Part shown: one piece after another, positions 1 through 9,669 of the stretch
How positions within the stretch are numbered: the stretch's first letter is position 1
Layout of the letters: every line of letters starts with the position of its first letter
Assembly: GCA_965198235.1 (NCBI GenBank)
Contig: OZ240248.1
Span: 2,432,001-2,496,000, forward strand
Source of the DNA: Candidatus Poribacteria bacterium
GTDB taxonomy: Bacteria > Poribacteria > WGA-4E > WGA-3G
Direction of reading: 5' to 3'
DNA length: 64,000 nt
The notes under the pieces: generated by a model
Told to the model about the DNA's origin: nothing
Databases searched by the model: none
The model's input: only the letters and a program-made list of their open reading frames with translations
Program-made: the position numbers and the translations under genes

Positions 1-304
1 GGCTGACCAGAATATCATCGTCCTCAATTTTGACGGTGTAACAATCGACGGGTGTGACAGCGGGCATACAGAGAGGTTTTCCGGTTTTCACACAAAAACG
101 TGCGCCGTGCCGCGGACATTCTATCTCCTCACCGTTGAACCAACCTTCCCCCAAGGGACCGCCGTCGTGTGTGCAAACGTCCTCTATGGCATAGAACTCG
201 CCATTAATGTTGAAGAGTAGCACGGGAACGAAGTCAACTTCGACTAATTGTTTCGTGCCGGGTGGCACTTCACTCACTTTCGCAACTTTATAGAATTCTG
301 GCAT
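1..304 (-). CDS. Rieske-type [2Fe-2S] ferredoxin (3' end runs off window)
   Basis: Manual translation from ATG at 304: MPEFYKVAKVSEVPPG...VCTHDGGPLGEG...IECPRHGARF, with CxH and CxxH Rieske motifs. Lies downstream of sufU. Not in ORF track. Confidence 0.9.
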   Translation of the reverse strand, partial: MPEFYKVAKVSEVPPGTKQLVEVDFVPVLLFNINGEFYAIEDVCTHDGGPLGEGWFNGEEIECPRHGARFCVKTGKPLCMPAVTPVDCYTVKIEDDDILVS

Positions 305-342
305 ATTCGCGTTCTTCTTCCTATCCTTTGCGTGTTAGGTAG

Positions 343-366
343 GCACAAACTAACAGTTTATGCTAC
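343..366. repeat. REP-like palindrome (GTAG on minus strand)
   Basis: gcacaaac-taaca-gtttatgc-tac. Confidence 0.6.
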
Positions 367-471
367 AAGGTACCTTTACCGAACGAATGAGGCTTTCTAG
401 CTGTTGAACACTCAGTGTGACTTTAGTTTCCGGTGTTGCTGTTACATTGTCCCTCATTGTGTCGCGCCTCC

Positions 472-861
472 TTATTCATCTTCTTCGCCGGGCCAGCCTT
501 TGACCCCGTAAGCACCGGCTTTGAGAACCTTGAGTGCCAATAACGCGCATTTGAGGCGGACGGGTCCCAAAGGGATGCCTATCATATCTAAGATGTCGTC
601 TCGTGTGAGCTTCTTGACTTCGGTAAGGCTTTTACCTTCAATTTCCTCAGTTAACATAGAGGCAGCAGCTTGACTAATGGTACAACCGTGTCCGCAAAAA
701 CGCACCTCTGTAATAACGTCGTCTTCAACAACGAGGTCGATGCGGATCCGATCCCCACAAAGCGGATTGTCTTCTTCATGGGAAATGTGAGGATTCGGCA
801 ATGTTCCGTAGTTGCTCGGATTCTCGTAATGATCAAGTAGATCTTCCTGATATACGTTCAT
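472..861 (-). CDS. sufU: SUF system Fe-S assembly scaffold / sulfurtransferase SufU
   Basis: NPLCGD, GCTISQAAASM and RLKCALL motifs; directly downstream of sufS. Confidence 0.93.
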   Translation of the reverse strand: MNVYQEDLLDHYENPSNYGTLPNPHISHEEDNPLCGDRIRIDLVVEDDVITEVRFCGHGCTISQAAASMLTEEIEGKSLTEVKKLTRDDILDMIGIPLGPVRLKCALLALKVLKAGAYGVKGWPGEEDE

Positions 862-2117
862 CCTGCTCTCCTTCTCTGGCTCCGAGTCATCAACTTTTGT
901 GTTTTACACAACCCTTCATATAACCGGTCCACGTCTTCAATTGTATTATAAAGGTAAAAACTCGCACGGGCGGTGGCGATAACATCTAATCTCTTCATGA
1001 GCGGTTGTGCACAGTGGTGTCCCGCACGGATAGCGATACCGTGCGTATCCAATACTCCAGCCACATCGTGTGGATGGATACCCTCCAGATTAAAGGAGAT
1101 AACCCCCGCTTTTTGATGCGGGGAAGATGGTCCATAGAGGGTGATACCTTCGATTTCTTGTAAGCGATTATGTGCGTATTTTAGGAGTTCTTGTTCGTGA
1201 ACCTGAAGTGCTGCTAAATTTGCTTGTGTAATATAGTCGACTGCATGCCCAAGCCCGATCGCTTCGGCGATACTTGGGGTGCCCGCCTCGAATTTGGCGG
1301 GAAGTTCAGCATAACTTGATACGTCGCGTTCAACGCTCCGAATCATTGAACCGCCACCGAGGAAGGGCGGCATCTCTTCAAGGAGTTCCAATTTACCGTA
1401 TAGGACACCGATACCCGTCGGACCACACATTTTATGTCCAGAGAACGCGAGGAAATCGCAATCCAGTTGCTGAACGTCAACCTGAAAATGCGGCACCGAT
1501 TGTGCGGCATCAATGACTACCTTTGCCCCAACAGCATGCGCAGCCGTAATGACAGACTGGATCGGATTGATTGTCCCGAGTACGTTAGAAACGTGACCTA
1601 TAGCGACAAGTTTCGTTTTTTCAGTGAGGAGGTCCTCAAGTTGTGTGAAGTCGAGTAACCCTTCGTCAGTTATCTCCATGAATCGGAGCACCGCGCCAGT
1701 ACGCTGTGCCAGCAACTGCCAAGGCACAAGGTTGCTATGGTGTTCCATGACGGTGAGAACAATTTCGTCGCCTTCTTGGATGTTCGCGCTGCCCCAACTG
1801 TAAGCGACGAGGTTAATGGATTCCGTCGTGTTCCGCGTAAAGATAATCTGTCGGGTCCGCGGGGCGTTAACTAACGCTGCTACCTTCTCACGAGCGCGTT
1901 CATATTGTGCCGTTGCCTCTTCCGAGATACGATAGATACCGCGATGGATATTAGAACGATACGTATCGTAATAGGCATCCATCGCTTCAACGACTGGGCG
2001 CGGTGTTTGCGTTGACGCTGCATTATCGAGAAAAGCCAACGGTGGGGTCGTCGCGAAGATCGGAAAATCCTTGCGGATTCTTTCTACATCAAGGGGACGA
2101 AAGTGCGAGGTGTGCAT
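858..2117 (-). CDS. sufS: Cysteine desulfurase SufS
   Basis: LDNAAS, MEHHSN, FSGHKM (PLP lysine), RAGHHCAQP (group II catalytic Cys). Confidence 0.96.
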   Translation of the reverse strand: MHTSHFRPLDVERIRKDFPIFATTPPLAFLDNAASTQTPRPVVEAMDAYYDTYRSNIHRGIYRISEEATAQYERAREKVAALVNAPRTRQIIFTRNTTESINLVAYSWGSANIQEGDEIVLTVMEHHSNLVPWQLLAQRTGAVLRFMEITDEGLLDFTQLEDLLTEKTKLVAIGHVSNVLGTINPIQSVITAAHAVGAKVVIDAAQSVPHFQVDVQQLDCDFLAFSGHKMCGPTGIGVLYGKLELLEEMPPFLGGGSMIRSVERDVSSYAELPAKFEAGTPSIAEAIGLGHAVDYITQANLAALQVHEQELLKYAHNRLQEIEGITLYGPSSPHQKAGVISFNLEGIHPHDVAGVLDTHGIAIRAGHHCAQPLMKRLDVIATARASFYLYNTIEDVDRLYEGLCKTQKLMTRSQRRRAG

Positions 2118-2202
2118 TGTGTTGTCATCCTATGCAGTAGCCGCGCCTCCGGGCAGGCGCGCCCATCTGAACGCGCCCACCTTGGAGACTTGGAAGATAA
2201 AA

Positions 2203-2544
2203 CTATCTGCTGGGGAAACCAATATTGACAACAGACGGTCCATGGTCCTCACACGCCTGATCGGTTGGGACATCGGTTTCAGTATCACTGGATCGGATAA
2301 GCCCTGCCGAAACCAGATACTGTTCCACTTCATCGCCGCTGACATCGGCGAGCATTATATCGTCAATCTGGACGCACGGCTGATAGGGCTGCCGCGTCTT
2401 CTGAACCATTTCACGATAGTTGTTTTCGTTGTTAATGATGTCTCTATCTTCATACTCCAAACCGTACTTGGCGAAGATGGCACGGACACCATTGCTCCAT
2501 CCACAGACGGGCTTCATGTAAGCGATAATTTTCGGTTGACTCAT
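2203..2544 (-). CDS. Glutaredoxin-like protein (monothiol CGWS)
   Basis: KPVCGWS active-site-like motif, thioredoxin-fold YQPCV cis-Pro loop; located within suf operon. Confidence 0.8.
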   Translation of the reverse strand: MSQPKIIAYMKPVCGWSNGVRAIFAKYGLEYEDRDIINNENNYREMVQKTRQPYQPCVQIDDIMLADVSGDEVEQYLVSAGLIRSSDTETDVPTDQACEDHGPSVVNIGFPSR

Positions 2545-2559
2545 TGTGAGTTGCTCCTT

Positions 2560-2582
2560 GCTGGCGAGGTTTGAAACCTCGC
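2560..2582. repeat. REP-like palindrome, GCTGGCGAGG family, short loop
   Basis: gctggcgaggtttgaaacctcgc; related copies at 28711, 51758 and 52652. Confidence 0.75.
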
Positions 2583-2658
2583 TTGATTAGTTAGACGTAC
2601 TCAGGAGAGCACACCTATGGAAAGTTGTGGCGGCACCGTGAACGCTGCGCCATAAAAT

Positions 2659-4032
2659 CTATTGTGATTCGCCTATAAGTTTGCGTGTAACGGATGTACT
2701 CAGCTCTTCACGAACTGATTCTAACGGAATACGTTCCATGACAGGGGCAAAAAACCCGTCAACAATCAATTTTTCTGCTTGTGCGTAAGGCACACCGCGA
2801 CTCATTAAGTAAAAGACCTGCTCGGCGTCAATCTTCCCAGCGGTTGCGCCGTGTGTACAACGCACCTCATGTGCTTGAATTTCCAATCCGGGCAGCGTAT
2901 CCGCATGCGCACGTTCGCTGAGCAGTAGGTTGTCGTTTTTCTGGTACGCATCGGTGTGGTTCGCCGACGGATAAACGTAAATGTTCCCACCCCACGCCGT
3001 CTGCGACCTATCTTTCAGGACAGTCCGATAGAGCAGATCGCTGAAGGTATGCGGTGAAATGTGTTCCTGGGCAGTGCTAATATCCAAGCGTTGCCGCGCA
3101 TCAGTGAAAGCCAAGCCCAACATTTGGGCGTTACATCCGGCACCTTCCAAGACAACAGCTTGGTTTACCTTGCTCAGCCTCCCGCCGAAAGTAGCGGTTA
3201 CCCAACAGAGTTGCGCGTCCCTGGCAACCATAGCGCGGTGCGAGGCGAAGTTCCAAACCTGACGATTCCAATGTTGAACCTGCACGTAAGTCACGTTCGC
3301 ATTCTGTTCCGCGAAAATTTCTACCGCTCCACTATGTAAGCCACCGGCATTTGGGTCGATCGATGAATTGTCCTCCAAGATCACAACCTCGCTACCCTCT
3401 TCAGCGATGATGAGCGTATGCGATAGGTCGGCGTGTTCTGCTTCGGACATCTTGATATAAACCCGCAGCGGCACTTCAACTCGGACACCTTTAGGGATAT
3501 GCAGTACGTAACCACCTTGCCAAAAAGCACCGTGAAGTGCGTCAAATTTATTATGCTGGGCAATGTTCCCGCTTTTTAACGCCGTCTCCAAAGTCACTGC
3601 CTTACTCATAAAATAAGTACGAAGCAACTCCGGTTGCTCGTGTAGCGCGGTGTGGAGATCTGCGAAGTATACGCCTTTTTTTTTCAGCGTTTCAGTAGTC
3701 GAGACGTGTTGGAGTTGCCCATCAACTTGCACGAGCACGCCTGCTGTCTCTTCGTCGTTGTCGTCTAAAGCATCGGCGGATGGTTTACCGTTCGTTGGAG
3801 TACTTGGATGATATTTTTCGAGTGCGAAGCCTCGGAGATGTCGCCGAGTGCGCCGCCAATAATCTTGGGTACGCATATCAACGGTGCGTCGCCATACATC
3901 ATCTTTAGTCGTATGGGGCATCGGCAAGGATTCGTAAAATGCGTAAGCCTCCAACCGTTTCTCACGCATCCATTCTGGCTCAGTTGCTGCTATCTTTTGA
4001 AGAAATTCTTTTGAAAACTGTCCCTTTTGCAA
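2659..4032 (-). CDS. sufD: Fe-S cluster assembly protein SufD
   Basis: DTLPGLEI, VRCTHGATAG and FYLMSRG motifs; operon context. Confidence 0.93.
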   Translation of the reverse strand: MQKGQFSKEFLQKIAATEPEWMREKRLEAYAFYESLPMPHTTKDDVWRRTVDMRTQDYWRRTRRHLRGFALEKYHPSTPTNGKPSADALDDNDEETAGVLVQVDGQLQHVSTTETLKKKGVYFADLHTALHEQPELLRTYFMSKAVTLETALKSGNIAQHNKFDALHGAFWQGGYVLHIPKGVRVEVPLRVYIKMSEAEHADLSHTLIIAEEGSEVVILEDNSSIDPNAGGLHSGAVEIFAEQNANVTYVQVQHWNRQVWNFASHRAMVARDAQLCWVTATFGGRLSKVNQAVVLEGAGCNAQMLGLAFTDARQRLDISTAQEHISPHTFSDLLYRTVLKDRSQTAWGGNIYVYPSANHTDAYQKNDNLLLSERAHADTLPGLEIQAHEVRCTHGATAGKIDAEQVFYLMSRGVPYAQAEKLIVDGFFAPVMERIPLESVREELSTSVTRKLIGESQ

Positions 4033-4051
4033 TTTTTTTTGATCCTTTATT

Positions 4052-4174
4052 GGCTATCAGAGGAATAGCCGTCAGCTGTCAGCCATCAGCCGTCAGTAAA
4101 GAGGTGTTCACTACACAGAATCTCCTACTGATTGCCGATTGCTGATTGCCGACAGCCATTAAAGCCGACTGCCA
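4052..4174. repeat. Heptamer tandem/inverted repeat (TCAGCYR...YGAYTGC) forming a long hairpin
   Basis: gtcagctgtcagccatcagccgtcag...ctgattgccgattgctgattgccgac between sufB and sufD; related half at about 37553-37585. Confidence 0.7.
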
Positions 4175-4175
4175 C

Positions 4176-5594
4176 TTAACCGACTGAACCTTCCATCTGA
4201 AGTTGGATGAGACGGTTCATCTCGACAGCGTATTCCATCGGAAGTTCCTTGACGAGGGGTTCGATAAACCCATTGACAATCATTGTGGAAGCTTCTTCTT
4301 CGGAAAGCCCACGACTCATCAGATAGAAGAGTTGCTCTTCCCCGATTTTGCTGACACGCGCCTCGTGTTCAATGTTCGTATCGTTCTCACCGATCTCAAT
4401 GACCGGATAAGTGTCTGAACGGGAGTCTTTATCAAGAATGAGCGCATCGCAGACGACGTGTGATTTACATCCCTTCGCGCCTTTCGCGACATCGACCCAC
4501 CCACGATAACTGGATCTACCGCCATCTTTACTGATGCTCTTTGAGGTTATCTGCGAAGTGGTGTGCGGTGCGCAATGATAGACCTTTGCCCCTGCGTCTT
4601 GGTGCTGTCCCTTGCTTGCGAACGCAATAGAGAGAATGTCGCCGCGCGCACCGGGTTCCATCATATAGACACTCGGATACTTCATCGTCAACTTACTGCC
4701 GAGGTTGCCATCAACCCACTCCATCTGCGCGTCCTCATAGGCAAATGCTCGTTTCGTGACGAGATTATATACATTATTCGCCCAATTCTGAATAGTCGTG
4801 TAGCGGACTCGCGAACCTTTCATACAAACAATCTCGACGACCGCGCTGTGTAAGGATGCACTGCTGTATGTTGGTGCGGTGCAACCCTCAACGTAATGAA
4901 CCTGTGAGCCTTCATCGGCGATGATGAGCGTGCGTTCAAATTGCCCCATGTTCTCGCTGTTGATTCGGAAATAGGCTTGCAGTGGGTATTCTACCTTTAC
5001 GCCGGGCGGAACATAAACGAAACTTCCACCGCTCCAGGCAGCACTGTTGAGTGCCGCGAACTGATTATCCGCAGATGGGATAATAGTCCCGAAGTATTTC
5101 TTCACCAAGTCGGGGTACTCTTTGACAGCGGTATCGGTATCGAGGAAAACAACACCGATTTTGTCCAATTCTTCGACGATGTTATGGTAAACGACTTCTG
5201 AGTCGTACTGTGCCCCAACACCTGCGAGGAATTTCCGTTCCGCTTCCGGGATACCGAGCCGATCGAAGGTTTTCTTGATGTCATCCGGTACATCGTCCCA
5301 ACTTCGCTCGCTCCGGTCAGAGGCTTTGACATAATAATAGATGTCGTCAAAATCGAGTTGTGAGAGGTCGCCTCCCCATTTAGTCATCGGCTTTTGCTTG
5401 AAAATTTTGTAAGCATCAAGCCGATACTGGCGCATCCAGTCGGGTTCCCCTTTGATGTCGGACATTTGATTGATAACCTCTTCATCCAACCCCTTCCGCG
5501 ACTTGAATGTAGGTTTAATATCGTCGTGGAACCCGTATTGGTACTCTTTACTAATTCCGAGTTCTTCTATGGTGTTCGTTTCAGAATTTGCCAT
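4176..5594 (-). CDS. sufB: Fe-S cluster assembly protein SufB
   Basis: [27 protein letters not shown] and EGSVG C-terminus. Confidence 0.97.
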   Translation of the reverse strand: MANSETNTIEELGISKEYQYGFHDDIKPTFKSRKGLDEEVINQMSDIKGEPDWMRQYRLDAYKIFKQKPMTKWGGDLSQLDFDDIYYYVKASDRSERSWDDVPDDIKKTFDRLGIPEAERKFLAGVGAQYDSEVVYHNIVEELDKIGVVFLDTDTAVKEYPDLVKKYFGTIIPSADNQFAALNSAAWSGGSFVYVPPGVKVEYPLQAYFRINSENMGQFERTLIIADEGSQVHYVEGCTAPTYSSASLHSAVVEIVCMKGSRVRYTTIQNWANNVYNLVTKRAFAYEDAQMEWVDGNLGSKLTMKYPSVYMMEPGARGDILSIAFASKGQHQDAGAKVYHCAPHTTSQITSKSISKDGGRSSYRGWVDVAKGAKGCKSHVVCDALILDKDSRSDTYPVIEIGENDTNIEHEARVSKIGEEQLFYLMSRGLSEEEASTMIVNGFIEPLVKELPMEYAVEMNRLIQLQMEGSVG

Positions 5595-5644
5595 TTCACT
5601 TCTCCTATTACATTAGCGGGGGTGCCGAGCGCCACCACTCCGAA

Positions 5645-6430
5645 TTACGCCTCGGTAATATCGTATTTTTCACGAATTGGGTCGTAGCCCTCTGCTTCTA
5701 ACATCTGTGCGAGTTCCCATCCGCCGGATTCAACGATCCTACCGTCGAGCAGGATATGCACGAACTGCGGACGAATGTAGTCTAATAACCGTGGATAGTG
5801 CGTGATAATCAACACACCCAACTCCGGTCCAATCAGTTGACTAACACTTTCACCCACGACGCGGATAGCATCAATATCGAGTCCGGAATCCGTCTCATCA
5901 AGGATCGCAATTTGGGGTTCAAGCATTGCGAGTTGTAGGATCTCGGCACGTTTCTTTTCGCCACCGGAAAACCCGTCATTAAGGTATCGCCTTGCGAAGG
6001 AATCGTCAATACCGAGTTGTTTCATTTTTTCGCGAAGTTCACGACGAAATTCGCGCATCGGAATGAGTCGGTCGTCTCCGGAACCGTTCTCTTCTTTGGC
6101 GCGGACTGCGCTCACTGCGAGCCGTAGGAAATTAGCCAAGCTGACTCCGGGAATCGCCGTTGGATACTGAAAAGCGAGGAAAAGTCCGAGTTTCGCGCGT
6201 TCGTTGGGTTCCAACTCCAGAATATCGACCCCGTTAAAAACCACTTCGCCGGAATCAATATCGTAGAGAGGATGCCCCATCAAGCCATTCGCGAGGGTGC
6301 TTTTGCCAGACCCGTTTGGACCCATAAGCGCATGGATTTCACCCTGTTTGACAGTTAAATTTAATCCTTTGATAATTGGTTTTTCTTGCACGCTGATATG
6401 CAAGTCTTTAATCATCAAGTCTCTGCTCAT
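5645..6430 (-). CDS. sufC: Fe-S cluster assembly ATPase SufC
   Basis: GPNGSGKSTL, FSGGEKKR, LDETDSGLD, ITHY. Confidence 0.97.
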   Translation of the reverse strand: MSRDLMIKDLHISVQEKPIIKGLNLTVKQGEIHALMGPNGSGKSTLANGLMGHPLYDIDSGEVVFNGVDILELEPNERAKLGLFLAFQYPTAIPGVSLANFLRLAVSAVRAKEENGSGDDRLIPMREFRRELREKMKQLGIDDSFARRYLNDGFSGGEKKRAEILQLAMLEPQIAILDETDSGLDIDAIRVVGESVSQLIGPELGVLIITHYPRLLDYIRPQFVHILLDGRIVESGGWELAQMLEAEGYDPIREKYDITEA

Positions 6431-6549
6431 CCGTTGTTTTGAACTCCTTCATAAAATTTGTAAGGGCGGTTCCAAAATTATTTTTTATTGTGTTGACCTC
6501 ACGCCTACAGCGCGATTTTTTTAACGCATCTGTCGCTACCGGAAACGCT

Positions 6550-7545
6550 TTAACCGCCGATTCTTGACATATTTCTTTCTGGTTTAATGAAGTCTGCTGC
6601 GTTAATCTTATGCCCTGCTTCTTTTTGTGAGACTGCGTCGAGGATTAACTCCGCAATCCCCTCATCTGGCACCCCTTCGCGTAGCGGTGTAAGCAGATCT
6701 GTTTCTGTTAATGAGAAGAGACAGGTCCGAAACTTTCCATCAGCAGTGAGGCGAACCCGGTTACAGTTTTCACAAAACGGCTCACTCACAGAGGATATGA
6801 CACCTACGTCGTTACCGTTATCTGCGAAGCGATAACGTTGCGCAGTATCGCTCTTCGCCTCACCGTTTAAGGCTACTTGTGTAAGTGGATAGACGGCGTT
6901 AATTTTTTCGATAATCTCTTTTCCGGGGATGTACATGTTACGTCCCCACACATCGTCGGCATCGAGCGGCATAAATTCGATGAATCGGAGTTGATAATCG
7001 TTTTGACGTGCGAAGGTGGCTAAATCAACGATCTCATCATCGGTAAAACCGCGCATTGCGACAGCGTTGACTTTAATCGGGTTGAAACCACATTCGTGCG
7101 CGGTTTTAAGCCCCTGAAGCACGCGTGAGAGCACCTTCCGGCGCGTCATCTGCTCGAATTTCTCTTCATTAAGCGTATCTAAGCTGACATTGATACGGCG
7201 GAGCCCGGCATCGTAAAGTGCTTGTGCTTGCTTAATAAGACCGATGCCGTTTGTTGTCAAACTGATGTCTTTCAGTCCTTCCAGCTGCGTCAATCGGCTT
7301 ATGAGTGTAGGCACACCGGGTCGGACAAGCGGCTCACCACCGGTAATACGTACCTTGTTAGCGCCGAGCGCGACGAAAATGCGGGCGAGGTGCAGAATCT
7401 CATCGAACGTCATCAGGGCCGCGTCTGGCATGAAGGTCATGTCTTCTGGCATACAGTAGATGCAACGAAAGTTACATACATCTGTAACCGAGATCCTGAG
7501 ATTTGTATGGATCCGTCCAAAGCGGTCGAGCATCTGTTGTTTCAT
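6550..7545 (-). CDS. moaA: GTP 3',8-cyclase MoaA
   Basis: LRISVTDVCNFRCIYCM radical SAM motif, FCENCNR...C second cluster, IGG C-terminus. Confidence 0.96.
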   Translation of the reverse strand: MKQQMLDRFGRIHTNLRISVTDVCNFRCIYCMPEDMTFMPDAALMTFDEILHLARIFVALGANKVRITGGEPLVRPGVPTLISRLTQLEGLKDISLTTNGIGLIKQAQALYDAGLRRINVSLDTLNEEKFEQMTRRKVLSRVLQGLKTAHECGFNPIKVNAVAMRGFTDDEIVDLATFARQNDYQLRFIEFMPLDADDVWGRNMYIPGKEIIEKINAVYPLTQVALNGEAKSDTAQRYRFADNGNDVGVISSVSEPFCENCNRVRLTADGKFRTCLFSLTETDLLTPLREGVPDEGIAELILDAVSQKEAGHKINAADFIKPERNMSRIGG

Positions 7546-7579
7546 ATTAATTCAGACAGGCAAATTCAAATTTATTAAT

Positions 7580-7608
7580 AGTATATCACATCCCTATATT
7601 TTTTGCAA
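7580..7608 (-). promoter_or_regulatory. Putative sigma70 promoter for moaA
   Basis: TTGCAA-17 nt-TATACT with TGn extension on minus strand. Confidence 0.55.
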
Positions 7609-7691
7609 GTTTTTTTATAGTAAAAACTATAAAAAAGATTTCTCGGTAAAGTGAAGGAGATTAATACGCACGCCGAGAAGGACGTTTTGTA

Positions 7692-7720
7692 TTGACACAG
7701 TTATAATTGTGATGTATAAT
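7692..7720 (+). promoter_or_regulatory. Consensus sigma70 promoter with overlapping palindrome
   Basis: TTGACA-17 nt-TATAAT; near-palindrome cacagttataattgtg spans the spacer. Confidence 0.75.
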
Positions 7721-7754
7721 GTCTCTATATTTCTGAAAGTTGGGGGAAAAAGCG

Positions 7755-8123
7755 ATGAATGAAAAAGTGTTCCACGTCGGTGGTATTGAACTTCACGTAG
7801 ATCAACGCAATTTTGGAGCGGACGGCGGTCCCTCCGTACGTGTTTACGGCGAGGTGGATGGTGAAAATGTTCAGCTGCTCCGCTTCGACTGTTTTCGCAA
7901 GGACCCGCACTATCATTACGATCCTTCTGGGAAGAACGATCAGCGGTCCCTCGATAAAACGAGTGTGCCAGATTCAGTTGCTTGGACGATTGAGCAATTA
8001 GGACAAAATCTCGTGGAGATGATTCACACAGCAGGTTATACCAGTGTTGCTGAAGAGGTCGATCAAACCGCGGTGACGCAGGTGCTGCCTGAGGTGGAAT
8101 CCTTGATGCGAAGCGAAGACTAA
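7755..8123 (+). CDS. Conserved hypothetical protein
   Basis: ORF 7740..8123 with likely ATG at 7755 after GGGGG RBS; LLRFDCF...PHYHY motif. Confidence 0.75.
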   Translation: MNEKVFHVGGIELHVDQRNFGADGGPSVRVYGEVDGENVQLLRFDCFRKDPHYHYDPSGKNDQRSLDKTSVPDSVAWTIEQLGQNLVEMIHTAGYTSVAEEVDQTAVTQVLPEVESLMRSED

Positions 8124-8163
8124 TTTTGTAGATGCGCTTTAGCACGCAGAGGAGAAAGTTAAC

Positions 8164-8289
8164 ATGACGAAGTTTATTACTGTAGGTGTGTTTCTGCTCA
8201 CAGTGCTCATAGGTTTGAGTGCCTTTGCAGGAACCCCACAGGAATTATCGAACTCACGTGATTACCTTTCTAAACAATTACCGTCCTGA
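8164..8289 (+). pseudogene. N-terminal (signal peptide) remnant of a secreted protein
   Basis: GAGGAG RBS, then MTKFITVGVFLLTVLIGLSAFAGT, which runs into the antisense AlkB copy and stops. Confidence 0.55.
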
Positions 8290-8586
8290 ATGTTAGCGAT
8301 ATTCGTCGCTGCCGCGCATACTTACGTCCATCCCATACATCCGATTTTCTGGCGGGAATACCGTGCCACCACGTATATCTCGCCGCCTCCCTCAATACAG
8401 CGATACTTCTTGGGGCAAGCCAAACTGGAACCTTTTTCGTTTTGTCATATTGGTTTGTGAATTCCATAATACAACTCGATCCGAGACTCAAAGAGATAAT
8501 TGTATCCTTAAACCACGGTTCGCGATTGATATGGCCTCCAATGCCTTGCCCGGGTTGGTATTCGCTGACAAGCACCTGATTTGGGA
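8270..8586 (-). pseudogene. 5'-truncated AlkB-family 2OG-Fe(II) dioxygenase (paralog of 9670..10320)
   Basis: Only the C-terminal half is present (VPNQVLVSEYQPGQGIGGHIN...RRISLTFR); HxD is changed to HIN. Confidence 0.8.
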
Positions 8587-9492
8587 CTAAAGTATCTCAT
8601 AGTAGACCTTGGCACTATTGTGCAGTAAACCATTTATGAGTCTACAATAAGAAAAAGTTTCAACATTTGATTGGGTTACTTGACTTCTAAACACCGAAAG
8701 GTTAGTTTTAAGTTTTTCCCATTTGCCGTACAATTTCAAACGGCGTGCCCCGGATAATGATCGATGATCAGGATTTTGGTATATTAAGCACATTTTATGC
8801 TGATTGTATTCCTTCATAATCTGGATGAGTACATCAGATAAACTATTAATGTCTAATATCGGACTCGAAAAAAAATAACAGAAATTAAATATAATCTGTG
8901 TCCTATCACCGTTTTCAATGTATTTGTCCAATAATCTCGTCAAGTGATCGTGACCGTAGTCGCGAATTAACGCAATTTTGTCAAAGAAAGGATCTCTATA
9001 CGTGTTGGGACCATATTTGTTGATTGTTGTCGCCTTATCAAGCATAGTTCGCGAACTATCAATTCCTAAATAAGTAATGTCGCATTGTCCTGCAAAAGCT
9101 CGAAAAGCAATACCTGAAGTTAGTGGACCACAACCGAAATCAATGAATACAACTTTATTCTTTTTCCTTATCGGTGTGAGGCAATTCGTAAAAATGTGAT
9201 AAGAACCAAAAAGGTGCCTCGGCATATGATGGACACAATAGATAGATACCTTGTCTTTTGGAAAATAATATTCATTGGATGGTTTATCAAATGATACTTT
9301 ATCAAAATCGCTCTGTCCTTGTTTCAGGATGCGCGCTATATCTTCCCAGTAGTATATTCTGTTATTTTTAACATCTTCCGATAGTGCTGGTAGATCGTGT
9401 TCAAAGGGTTGTATGATGAGCTCTTCAAACAGATGTTTTAGGCTTTCACCGGGCTTATAATGGTTATCGTGGGAGCAATATATGTAGGACAA
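8587..9492 (-). CDS. Class I SAM-dependent methyltransferase-like protein (paralog of 10335..11273), probably C-terminally clipped
   Basis: FIDFGCGPLTSG motif I, YLGIDSS; TTG start. Confidence 0.75.
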   Translation of the reverse strand: MSYIYCSHDNHYKPGESLKHLFEELIIQPFEHDLPALSEDVKNNRIYYWEDIARILKQGQSDFDKVSFDKPSNEYYFPKDKVSIYCVHHMPRHLFGSYHIFTNCLTPIRKKNKVVFIDFGCGPLTSGIAFRAFAGQCDITYLGIDSSRTMLDKATTINKYGPNTYRDPFFDKIALIRDYGHDHLTRLLDKYIENGDRTQIIFNFCYFFSSPILDINSLSDVLIQIMKEYNQHKMCLIYQNPDHRSLSGARRLKLYGKWEKLKTNLSVFRSQVTQSNVETFSYCRLINGLLHNSAKVYYEIL

Positions 9493-9518
9493 ACTTTGAG
9501 GGTCCTTCTCTCTTTAGT

Positions 9519-9627
9519 TTTGAAGGTGAACTGGAAGACGATTTGAATCGGGATACGCCTTTCCCTGTTGATGCCAGAGAAAAATTGGCGGACGCAGTAG
9601 GGCAAGATTAAAGCAGAACGGTTCTAA
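9519..9627 (+). pseudogene. C-terminal remnant of a secreted protein (KLAT.WGKIK-type tail)
   Basis: Reads FEGELEDDLNRDTPFPVDAREKLA, then after one extra G: TQ*GKIKAERF*. Confidence 0.55.
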
Positions 9628-9669
9628 AAACGTTCGTTTGATTCTATGAGACGCGGTCGGGAGACCGCG

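Noticed and set aside
7627-8145. 172-aa antisense ORF, and the many other 60-175 aa ORFs overlapping called genes
   Set aside because: They are shadow ORFs on opposite strands or frames of well-supported genes, with no recognisable motifs or RBS.
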